From NCBI GenBank assembly GCA_964270895.1, contig OZ185439.1: a DNA stretch of 64,000 bases. One strand, given 5' to 3'. Numbering within the stretch: the stretch's first letter is position 1; every line of letters starts with the position of its first letter. The translations under genes were made by a program, and so were the position numbers. This document shows positions 51,841 to 62,276 of the stretch, piece after piece. Source of the stretch: Podarcis filfolensis (lineage: Eukaryota). Below the pieces are notes generated by a model. The model was not told where the DNA came from. It did no database searches and saw nothing but the letters and a program-made list of their open reading frames with translations.

Positions 51841-52191
51841 ACGCGGGTGGCACTGTGGGTAAAAGCCTCAAGGCCTAGGGCTTGCCGATCGAAAGGCCGG
51901 CGGTTCGAATCCCTGCGGCGGGGTGCGCTCCCGTTGTTCGGTCCCAGCGCCTGCCAACCTAGCAGTTCGAAAGCACCCCCGGGTGCAAGTAGATAAATAG
52001 GGACCGCTTACTGGCGGGAAGGTAAACGGCGTTTCCGTGTGCTGCGCTGGCTCGCCAGATGCAGCTTTGTCACGCTGGCCACGTGACCCGGAAGTGTCTC
52101 CGGACAGCGCTGGCCCCCGGCCTCTTGAGTGAGATGGGCGCACAACCCTAGAGTCTGTCAAGACTGGCCCGTACGGGCAGGGGTACCTTTA

Positions 52192-52193
<2 letters not shown>
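51839..52193 (+). mobile_element. Sauria SINE, full length, second subfamily, embedded in (AT)n
   Basis: ggacgcgggtggcactgtgggtaaaagcc...ggttcgaatccc...gggtacctttacc; CpG-rich; (AT)22 on the left and (AT)21 on the right. Confidence 0.95.

Positions 52194-52236
<43 letters not shown>
52194..52236. repeat. (AT)21 microsatellite
   Basis: Directly visible. Confidence 0.95.
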
Positions 52237-52238
<2 letters not shown>

Positions 52239-53121
52239 CAATGATAAAGTCTGTGTATTTTATTTGCAAGCTGTATTCCAATCTATCTTTTTTTTCATCC
52301 TTCTAACTGTTCAGAAAACTTCATCACAATCTTATTTTATAGTTTAGGAACTTAGAAGAGTAGACGGTGATGGGGCTCAATACTATCTGGGAAGAAAACA
52401 TTTGACTTGGAGTTGGACCTACATGTTCAGTCCACTGTATTCTCTACAGTCCCTGTGTGTTCCTACACTTGTGTGTAGGCCATGAGGCCATCGTACTCCA
52501 GTAGGGTTCATCCTTCAGTTCAAGTCTGGGTCGCTGTCTCCACATATGGCTAACCTATGTTCTGAAAGCATTGGAATGAAGCAGCTGCCACTCGAGGCTA
52601 TTTTGATTACATAACTCCATTGCATTCACAGTGTGATCTTGCATAGCTAGCTTTGTGTAGTGGGAGAGATAAGGGTCTTTCTGCTTCTGTAGCTGGATGC
52701 CCATATGGGTAGTCAGAAGCAATTTTTGTGGTTGTCACCTTAGATTCAAAAGCTGTTCAACTTAACACTCCTGTCATATTGCAACAGTTCTTGCTTTCAT
52801 TTAATACTTCGTTAAGTCAAGAAAAGAAAATGCTAACCAGCTCAGGATGTATATGAATTTCAAAGATACTGTTTTGGGGACTGCAGAAAAATAATTTTGG
52901 AACAGAAGGATCACCGCCACTGTTATACTTTTCAAGTCAAGAAAAAGCACAGTCTCACATGCATGCAGTGAATGTTGGACTTTGATTAAGGCAGTTCGTG
53001 TGGCTATGACCTTTCACCCATGATGTTCACTTTTTGACCATCTCCAGTCTTTATTATTCAATCCTACTTACCTGAAGATAATTGTGAGGTTATAAAACAG
53101 AAAATATTATGGATAGTATGG

Positions 53122-53205
53122 AACTAAGTTTTACTTAAGAGTAGTCCCATTGAAATTAACAGCCCTAAGTCATGTCAGTTGATTTCAGTGGGTTGAATAC
53201 CACCC
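53122..53205. mobile_element. Palindromic MITE-like repeat (gtagtcccattgaaatt family)
   Basis: Similar to 2826-2944. Confidence 0.5.
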
Positions 53206-53445
53206 TATATGTATCGTCCTGAGGTCCTTATAGTAAGGGATGTCTAAAATGAACATGCTATTCTGAAGTTAAGAAAAGATATCAGCACTATAAAGCCATG
53301 GAGAGTGGTATGATCAGGTTTCCCCTTTCCTCCTTCATCCACACCAAGCCAGACCCACCTCTCACCAAACCAACCAGCTGTGGTGCAGCTTTCCTCTAAT
53401 GGCTCAAGGAACGCCCCTCACCCGCCTTATGTTTAATGATGCAGT

Positions 53446-53602
53446 CAGTGCTTTTTTCCCCCTAACAAAAATGTTTAGGGGTACTCAATTTCCACCATTT
53501 TATTGTTCAAATTGGGGAAAATAAATACAGTAAACGGACAAAAGTACAAAGATTCACAAAATGTGTAGGGATACCCCTGCGTCCCCACAGAAAAAGGCAC
53601 TG
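53446..53602. mobile_element. hAT MITE
   Basis: TIRs cagtgcttttttc / gaaaaaggcactg; 8-bp TSD gatgcagt / gctgcagt. Confidence 0.85.
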
Positions 53603-55695
53603 GCTGCAGTCCTGTTGTTGTTTTTCAGTGCTCATAAACCTTAGAAAATAGTAGTTAATGTCGTGGCTGAATGTTGTGTTGATGGATAAATGTCTTTATC
53701 CATTTCATCAAGAGCAGTTTGGAGCTTGATTCAAGTATGCACTCTACTTTACATCATGGGTGGCTCGATGGTCAATAATCATGGAAGTGTGGATCTGGGC
53801 CCCAGTTTTCCAGTTGCGTGTTCTTTGGACTAAATAATACCATCAGCTATTTTCTCTCCAATCACTAGTCTTTAACTTTCCTAGTGTAAATAACTCACCA
53901 TTGAATGTTATATACGGAATTATAGGAATTTAAGGAGGTTTCTACTTCCCACTTCGGGCAAGATAACATTTTGGTGTTATCCTGACATTTCCCTGATTGT
54001 AACCATCCAGTGAGTAAAGGACTGACAGGAAACAAGTGCACAAACTGCTGTGTTCTGCCTGTTTGCAGTGTTTGCATACATCAAGTCAGGATTTAGCATT
54101 ATAGGACAAAAATTCATCATTGGTGTATTTTAATTTGTGTATTTTAATCATTAAGGTTCTCTAAGAAGTTGTAAATAGTTGAGTGGATTATTTTATTTGT
54201 GCATATGAAAAACTGAAACCTATTACCTGCTTAGCAATCCATATTTTACTTGTAAATTAATTGCTCAGTATATATTACCTGGCTTTTAACGCTAGATAAT
54301 GAGGGTTTTGTAGGTTCACATGAATATGTGGTGTGGAATTCATGCCGAACAATTTAGCTATTTCCTCAGCACAGAGCAATTCATTGAATTTGTGGAAATG
54401 CAAGATGTCCTGATACTTCTCATGGAGGAAGTCCAGTGCCGTGATTATAAAAGGCATAGCTTGATGAATGGGCAGCAACTCAAATGGGAATGCCAATCAG
54501 TGATAGCAGCCAGTGGTTGTTTAATTAAAAAATGTTAATAATACAACAATTGGGTCAAGGTGCTTCTCAAACACATGCTGAATCACTCCTGTACAAATAA
54601 TGAGAGTATATTATCTCCCACCTTGAGGTAGCAATTGTGGTAGCAAAGCTACAATCTAAGAAATGGAAGGTGGGACAACTGAGACCTACTGATGAGTGTG
54701 TCGTGATATTCCAGTGAAGAAACAGGAAATTCTTCCCCACTTCAGTTAACATCCAAAGCTGCTTGCAATAGTCTCTCGCCAGTTAACCAGCTGGCATATT
54801 TTGATATACTCTTGTAGAGGGAGAGTTGTGTATCACACAGGATACGAGAGGGCAGATCTTCAAAAGCTCAACAATCTTGTATTGGCATAAATCTCCCAAT
54901 GATAGTTAAATGCGACTGAAATCAAAGTTTATCCTTTTATGTTAATGAAATGCAGGTAGTAAGAAAGTGATGGTTCAACTTACTAGTTATATTTGCTAAA
55001 AGACAGCAAAGCAATAAAACTTCAATGTAAGCTCCAAATCTGTCATTTAGCGATGGGAGTAAAACATCTATAAATAAGGAAATAGCAGACACCTGTAATT
55101 TTGCTGAATGGCATCCAGTGGCAGATTTCGCCAGTGTTGTTGTTGTTGCTTGACACAGAAAGCAGTAGGCCCAACGTTTCTCATTTGGATTTTGCAAAGA
55201 GTTTGTCAGATTTCTTCTTGTTTTTGATACAGGCTTTGGCAGCTCCATTTCACTTTGCTACTTAACCATAAATAAGTTAGCTTGTGATGCACCTAGTACT
55301 ACCCTTGCCTTACAGAAAGCTGCTTGAAGAACGTTGAGTGAAATGATAAACTTCATATCTTGTAAATCATAAAGGAGCATATTTGCATCTCTCAGTGCTC
55401 TGCAAACATCTAACATTTTTTCATTAAAAAAAGAGAGAGTTTTCCAAACGAAAGTATAAGGTTGGTGGGCAATTTATGATAGAATATCTGCCAAACTGTA
55501 GTGTCAGTGTTTGTAGTGTCACTGCTTATGCAGTGCTTCAATTGAGGTGCCGGTAATAATTGAGATGGATGAACTACAACTCTTACCATCCCAGTTCTGC
55601 CAACTTTGTGAATCAGCTGACATCTGAAATCTAAAAGGGTGGCTGGTCATACTGAGGGGTCATTGTTAGGAGATGGTAATGAAACATTTTGTATA

Positions 55696-55910
55696 CAGTG
55701 GGACCTCGGGTTAAGAACTTAATTCGTTCTGGAGGTCCGTTCTTAACCTGAAACTGTTCTTAACCTGAGGTACCATTTTAGCTAATGGGGCCTCCCGCCG
55801 CCACCACACAATTTCTGTTCTCATCCTGAAGCAAAGTTCTTAACCCGAGGTACTATTTCTAGGTTAGCGGAGTCTGTAACCTGAAGCGTTTGTAACCCGA
55901 GGTACCACTG
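55696..55910. mobile_element. Tc1/mariner MITE, same family as 26873-27098
   Basis: Nearly identical internal sequence (ttcttaacctgaaactgttcttaacctga...ggggcctcccgc); TIR cagtgggacctcgggtt / aacccgaggtaccactg. Confidence 0.92.
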
Positions 55911-56288
55911 TTCTGGTATCCTGATCTTATAGATAAAGAAACATAACTGCGGCTACATAAATAATGTGTTGTGTTCTGCCTAATTGGTATGAGTCCATTT
56001 TAAAATATTTTAAATCAAATATACCTAACATAACATGCTCTGGGTTGGTCAAAATCCTTTGGTTAGTGTGCATAATTCAGTCTCACACCATCCACTGTAT
56101 ATCACTCACCCCAATACACTGGTCCTTCTGGTAACGGTAGCTGTTTCTGGAGGATCATTGCTGACCCACACTATTGTGCTTGTATAACGTCACTGAACAA
56201 TTTCTGTTGAAAATGCAACATTAAGGATGGTGTTTCTCCACTGGAGCAATAGTTGTTGTGCTCTGTGCTTTAAGACCAGTCCTTAAGA

Positions 56289-56435
56289 CAGGGATGGAGA
56301 ATGTGTGGCCTGCTGGATGTTGTTGGACTCTCAACTCCTACCAGTGCCAGTCAGCATGGCCCAATGGTCAGGGATGATGGGAGTTGTAGTTCCACAACAA
56401 CACTTGAGGAGGAGGGCACAGGTTCCCCATTCTTG
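56289..56435. mobile_element. hAT-type MITE
   Basis: cagggatggagaa ... ggttccccattcttg; gggagttgtagt core; TSD-like ccttaaga / ctgtaaga. Confidence 0.75.
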
Positions 56436-56689
56436 CTGTAAGACAGTCCTTTGTCAGTACTATAGCTTTTTCAACCCCTCTCTAAAAAATAAAATGGCAC
56501 TTCTGACAAAGAAGAAAACCACAGTTATATCTGAGAATTGGAGGGTAATGCTTAGAGAAGTGGCTAATTTCTTCAGTTTATAGTTTTAGAACTACCTTGC
56601 AGCTTCTAAGGGCTTATAATCAGGACTTGTAAACTGGGTGTTTGCAAGTGCTGTTTCACGGTGTACATAGGACCAAGAACATAGAACTG

Positions 56690-57135
56690 GGAGGTAATGA
56701 TAGCGATCTTCAAATATCTAAAGGGCTGTCATGTGGAAGGTGGAGGAAACTTGTTTTTTCCTGCTCCAAAGACGAGGACTTTCCTTTACTGGATGTCCTT
56801 AAGCAGGGTTGAATGGCCACCTGTCATGGATGCTTTAGTTGAGATTTCTGCATTGCAGGTGGAAAACTGCTACAATGAGTTACCGGTACATGGAAACTCA
56901 GCTAGGGGGATTTGAGGAAGTCACCCGACAATGGTAACAAAAGTGGGACTATAACAGTTAGGATAAATGTTTGTTTGTTTGCTTATTTTTCTATGTTTTC
57001 CTTGTTTGTTGTTATGTTTGTTATAAATTTGGAAAATCAATAAAAAAATTTGGAGAGATTCCTGCATTGCAGGGATTTGGAATGCATGACCCTTGGGGGT
57101 GGAGTCCCTTCCAACTCTATAAATCCTCTGATTCT
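56690..57135 (+). mobile_element. CR1 LINE 3' fragment, split by an L1-type insertion
   Basis: ORF MIAIFKYLKGCHVEGGGNLFFPAPKTRT is the CR1 ORF2 C-terminal motif; terminus tcccttccaactctataaatcctctgattct. Confidence 0.88.
56860..57054 (+). mobile_element. L1-type 3' end inserted in CR1
   Basis: T/G-rich 3'UTR ending ggaaaatcaataaaaaaa; flanked by a 19-bp duplication of CR1 sequence (56841-56859, 57055-57073). Confidence 0.7.
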
Positions 57136-60100
57136 GTTGTAGAAACTATGATTGTACTATCTAGAATCCAGCCGGTTAGTTCTCTGCACACAGTCTTTCC
57201 CATAATGATATGTAGAACAGGGAAGGGAGGGCCTGTTGCCCACAGAGTACCGTCTTCTAAAGCCAGAGTGCCATCTTCTGTAGCCAGGAGGGAGTAGATG
57301 GAAAGTTGCAAGAGTGATAGCTGGAACCAGCATTCAATTCGCTGATATGCTTCTTTGTTCTCTTGGGAAACAGAGATGTTCCAGCATATTTGAATAGCTT
57401 ACATTGCATCTGCCTTCTACCTGCATTAGTTCAATAATAATAATTGTGTGTGGAGATGATAATCTTTGTGATTTCTCTCTCTCTTCTTCAGATATTATTC
57501 TGCTATACACCTTAAACCGAAGGTGGTTTTTTAATGCAGCAAGCTTGTAATGTGTATAGGTTATGTAATCTTGCATTTCTATACTATCAGTCATAGCTAC
57601 ACATTAAAATAGTTGTTGACTATTCCCTGGGAGAAAGCATTTAAACAAATTATGTTGTTTAGAGTATCCTCTACCTTGAAAGAAAAACATTGTGTTGAAT
57701 TGGAATTGAAATGCATGTTAAACTTGAGGACTGTGACATAAGTGCCTCTGTATCAGAGTCTAAATGTTCACCTTCTTAAAAACCTTTTAAAATTAAAATG
57801 AAATACGGTAAATCCAGGCTTTGAAAATATGCTCTCACCAATACATCTTGCATAGCCGAGCAGTTTTGTCAAGGGCATTTCTTAAACCTAAAAAGCCTGA
57901 TTAAAACTGCACAAACATAATGACATATAAGCTTATACCCTGCCATGCAGAGAACTGAGGTTGTGTGTGTGTGTACACTGAGCAGTCCCTTATGGGCTGT
58001 ATTTGGCTAGCCTCATCTTTGTGCTAAAATCAGCTACTACCTGATCATTAGTAAAGATCATCCAAAGTCACCGGGGCACAAATTTTCCCACCACCTGTTT
58101 TATCTGCAGTGGATAAATTTGTAAGTTGAGGGCATTTCATTATTGGAAAGAAGAATGATCAAGATCACAACATGCTACTATTTGTCTTAAAAGTTTTGTA
58201 TAGATCTTGATTAGATTCTCCTAATCCTCCCCTTTCTTATATAAAAAACCCCAGCATCTTAAAAAGATGCTTACACTTTTAGTACTCCTGTGTGACATTT
58301 TAAACTTTTCCTGGTTTTTCTATTGAAATATAAGTGAGTTTGCACATGTGCTACTTTAATCTTGTGTTCAGAAAAATGGCTTTGCTAAAGAGAACTAAAA
58401 AATACTTAGTAATCTTGACTGCTAGTCATGCTGTTAGTTGCTTTAGTAAGTGGAAACGGAGTTAATATATGTTTGATGTGAAAATTATATGGAAACATGT
58501 AATTGGGTTTATTTGTACCGCACAGGTAGCCAGCTGAATCGATAACTGACATTAATTATTTTTAACCATCTCCCCATTTCTTCTTCCTCTTCTGCCCTAT
58601 TTTCTTACTTGATTGCATTTCTGCTTTAGGGTAGAAAACATGGTGGGATATTTGGGGCTGTGACATTCAAAATTAAGGTATGCCCACCATTTTCTATAGG
58701 ATAATAGGTTGACTTTAAAAAATCTGGTGCAGATTTTACCTTCATGAAAACTTTGCTTTTAAAGAAGTTTTTTAAAATAAATGTTGCCAAGCTCTCTTGG
58801 TTATAGGGACAATTTTGAAACTATGCATTTGCTGGAAAAAAATGGAGGGTGCTTCCAGCACATGTTCCCCTTCTCTTCCTTATCCTCACTCCCCACCCCC
58901 AGCAGAGCCTTGGACCTGGCCCAGAGCAAATATTTCCCCCATACATGCCCACGTTCTTCTCTTTTCTTTCTATTTCACTCACTCCATCCTTGTTCATCGC
59001 TCTCAACTTTGCAAGCAGAATAAATTATGCATGTATAACGTGCATAATTTTTGAGATGGTGCAACTTGCAATGTTGAGCCACAGCTAAATTACCGTATTG
59101 CCAATGTTTTGCTGGCAGGCCTTCTGTTCCTTCAACAGGTGCATAACAAACTGATAGGCGAAGCTTTCCTCAGTATTCAGATGTATATCTGTGGATGACC
59201 TTACTGATTGCTTCAAATTTCATCGCCCATTTTCATTTGGTATGTGTGATAGTTTATGAAGACACTTTACTCTCCTCCTTTCTAAACAATAGAAAACGGA
59301 AATGTGAGCTTCTGTTTTGCATTCAGCATCTTTTGTGTTCTTAAGTGTCTGGTTCAAAACAAGTGAAGGTTTAGTGATTATTCTAGCGAGGAGATGGGGA
59401 TATCAGGTTTCCATAGTACCTTTCGCAGGCATGCACATGTTCATGTACAAGAGTTTTGTAATACGAGAATGGCCATACCAGTTTCATTTGTTCTGACATG
59501 GATGTAAGGATGCTGATTTCCCCATTTGTCTCCTGATACATATCTCTGTGAAAGGATGCACTGGGAGATCAATACACACAACATTGTTGCAGGCATGTGT
59601 ATATGTAAAAATAACAACAATGGAACAGCCCCAGGCATGTGCTAGATGATAGATAGGAAACCTTATTTGTGATTTTTAGGGCACATTATTTAATTATAGT
59701 GCCCAGATTGCCTTTAGTATTGTTCTTTCCTGGAAAAAGCCAAATATCGCCCAATAATTGGCATTACTAATTATTAGACTATCTTGTGCAATAGCTTTAT
59801 GTCTATTAGTGATGGATATGTTTTGCAGAAAGATAAACTGGCTTCAGGAACATGTAATAACTTGGCCAGCAGAACTGATTCATAAAGTGGAGGTCTTTAT
59901 GTGTGCAAAAAAAATGCAGCGCCATAAATAAATGCATTTTCTTTCTGTGTCACTTGCAAATACAAAATGGTTACATTTTGATTCCATTATCACTGTCTTG
60001 CACACTTTCAAGCAGCATAAAAGAATTTAAAAGCAAAATGTTTTCAGTATTATATTAGACAGTTGTTGCATCACAAAGGCAGTGGCAGTTTGATGCTATT

Positions 60101-60714
60101 AGCAGAAAATACACATTATTATATAATGCTAATGAATAGTCCTGCTGCTAATATGGAAGCAGTTATAAAGCTCTGTCCAGGAGGGAGACCAAGTGCTGTT
60201 TTAAGAGCAAATAATGAAGTGATCAGACAGTGGAGAATTAAGTGACTAGATGGGGTGGTGGGGAGACTGCACATGTAATTAAAACACATATATAGTTTAT
60301 ATTTATATAGGGATATATCTCTACCCAAAGTCAATACTACCCAAAGTCACAATGGGCCAGCATTTCCCAAAATCTTTCTTTTCTCTCATTGCTGTAAGAT
60401 ATAATTGCCTTTCTTCACTCTCTATAAGACACTTTTCACTCACTCTCAGGCATGCTCTCTATTTCTATCCCCACCAAAGTTAGGCATGTGAATAATGTGC
60501 AACATAGAATCTAGGCATTAGGTATTAGAATTGAGGTAGTGGAATCTAGGTATTAGACTCTACGGAGTCAAACAGGGTATGTTTGAACTTAGGACACGAG
60601 GCACATGTCTTCCAAGATAACCTATCTTCTCAGGCCTCTTCCTGACTCAGTGGTATCAAGAACTGGAAGAAGGCCCTTGAAAACCAGATAAACCAGAACC
60701 TAACCCACGTAGAG

Positions 60715-60813
60715 CAAAGATGAGGAACCTGTGGCAACTCCCATGGCCAGTAGCCAGGGGTGATAGGAGTTGCAATCCAACAACATTTAGAGAACCACAG
60801 ATTCCCCATCCAG
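60715..60813. mobile_element. hAT-type MITE, internally deleted
   Basis: gatgaggaacctgtggc ... ccacagattccccatc ends. Confidence 0.65.
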
Positions 60814-60828
60814 TTTTACAGTCTAGAC

Positions 60829-60960
60829 CAGGCATCTTCAGTGTGGGACCCCCCCAAATGTTATTGGGCTACAGCGCCCAACAACTCTTGACTATTGGCC
60901 ATGCTGGCTGGAACTGATGGGAGTTGGGATTGAAAAACATTGGGGGATATGAGGTTGGCT
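60829..60960. mobile_element. hAT-type MITE, degraded
   Basis: ccccccaaatgttattgggctacagc ... gatgggagttgggattgaaaaacattggggg forms a fold-back. Confidence 0.65.
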
Positions 60961-61042
60961 GTTTTAGCTTGCTTAGGTCTGCATAAACAAATACTTCAAA
61001 CTGCTTTTATAAAATACCTGCAATGTGTTTTCCCTTCCTGAA

Positions 61043-61161
61043 CAGGGATAAGGAACCTATGGCCATCCAGATGTTTTTGGACTACCACTCCATTCTCGGT
61101 GTTGCCTAATGGGAATTGCAGTCCCAACGGCATCTGGGGAGTCACAGGTTCCTCACCCCTA
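61043..61161. mobile_element. hAT-type MITE
   Basis: cagggataaggaacctatggcc ... gtcacaggttcctcacccct TIRs. Confidence 0.75.
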
Positions 61162-62141
61162 ATGTAGGGGATTATAGATAATGCTTATCTATAATCATGT
61201 GACTCATATGTCCACTGGTGGCAGAACTCAAATGCTTCTTTCCATCATCCTAACTTCCATGTCCTATGCTCACACTACAGTTATCAATTCTTGTTTCCTG
61301 CAAAAGCTGGACATGTCTACTAATCTAAATGGATCCCATCATATATGGTACTTGGGGGTGACAAGGTTATGAATAACAAATGAAATCCTAAGTGCAATAA
61401 GTCCCATTGATCTGGGCTTTTGAATCACATGCTGAGGATTACACTATGGACCTGTTAGATTTAGGCTACAATCCTATACACAAATACCTAAAGTAAGTTT
61501 AAGTGAACTGAATGGGGCTTACCTTTGGGTGGAAATGTATGTGACCGTACTGTAAACCAGACCTAAAGGCACTGCTTATTATGCACACCACAGAGATAAT
61601 TTCCTTTAGGTATCTATAGAGAGCAGACCTTGGTTTTTCCTGACAGCAGCAATGTGCTGGTGTATGAAAGAGTCTCATCTGAAGTGTACTTTCCTATATC
61701 TATTGGCAAACAGGATGGAGCCACAGAGCACTTAATTGTCCTATATTATCTTATCATACATAACGAAAGGTACAGGTAAATAGCCATAAATCATCCATCT
61801 TTTATATGGCACCCACCCATGATATTTGACCTTTTCAACTTGCTGTAAACACATTCTGTTTTAAGGCAATTAAAACAATAAGAAAAGGGACATGTATTAG
61901 TCATATCATGTTAACGCTGAAGATTGCACTTTGTTTGCAAGATTGACAACTTTAAGTCATTGACCCATGGAAGACTTTGAAATTTATCCAGTTCCTGGTG
62001 ATGTGTCTTCCCATGTTTCCAAAAGTTGACTGAATATGATGGCACAGCAAAGGTCTTGAATTGTTCTTCATTTCTTTAAGACAAAGCATTTGTTGGTCAG
62101 TGAGCTTCATGGCTGAGGAGCTTCATACCTAGGCTCTTACT

Positions 62142-62276
62142 CAGGCATAGGCAAACTCACCCTCCAGATGTTTTGGGACTACAACTCCCATCATCTCTAG
62201 CTATCAGGACCAGTGGGCAGGGATGATGGGAGTTGTAGTCCCAAAACATCTGGAAGGCCAAGTTTGTCTATGCCTG
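62142..62276. mobile_element. hAT MITE
   Basis: TIRs caggcataggcaaact / agtttgtctatgcctg; perfect 8-bp TSD ctcttact at 62134-62141 and 62277-62284. Confidence 0.93.

Noticed and set aside
54314-54538. Protein-like ORF (VHMNMWCG...) after ttttgtag
   Set aside because: Weak acceptor, no donor before the stop, no recognisable homology.
60420-60480. Faint resemblance to the mammalian optional cassette exon (SPLPCCTQGHDCQHFYPP...)
   Set aside because: Only a few short nucleotide matches; the peptide is not conserved.
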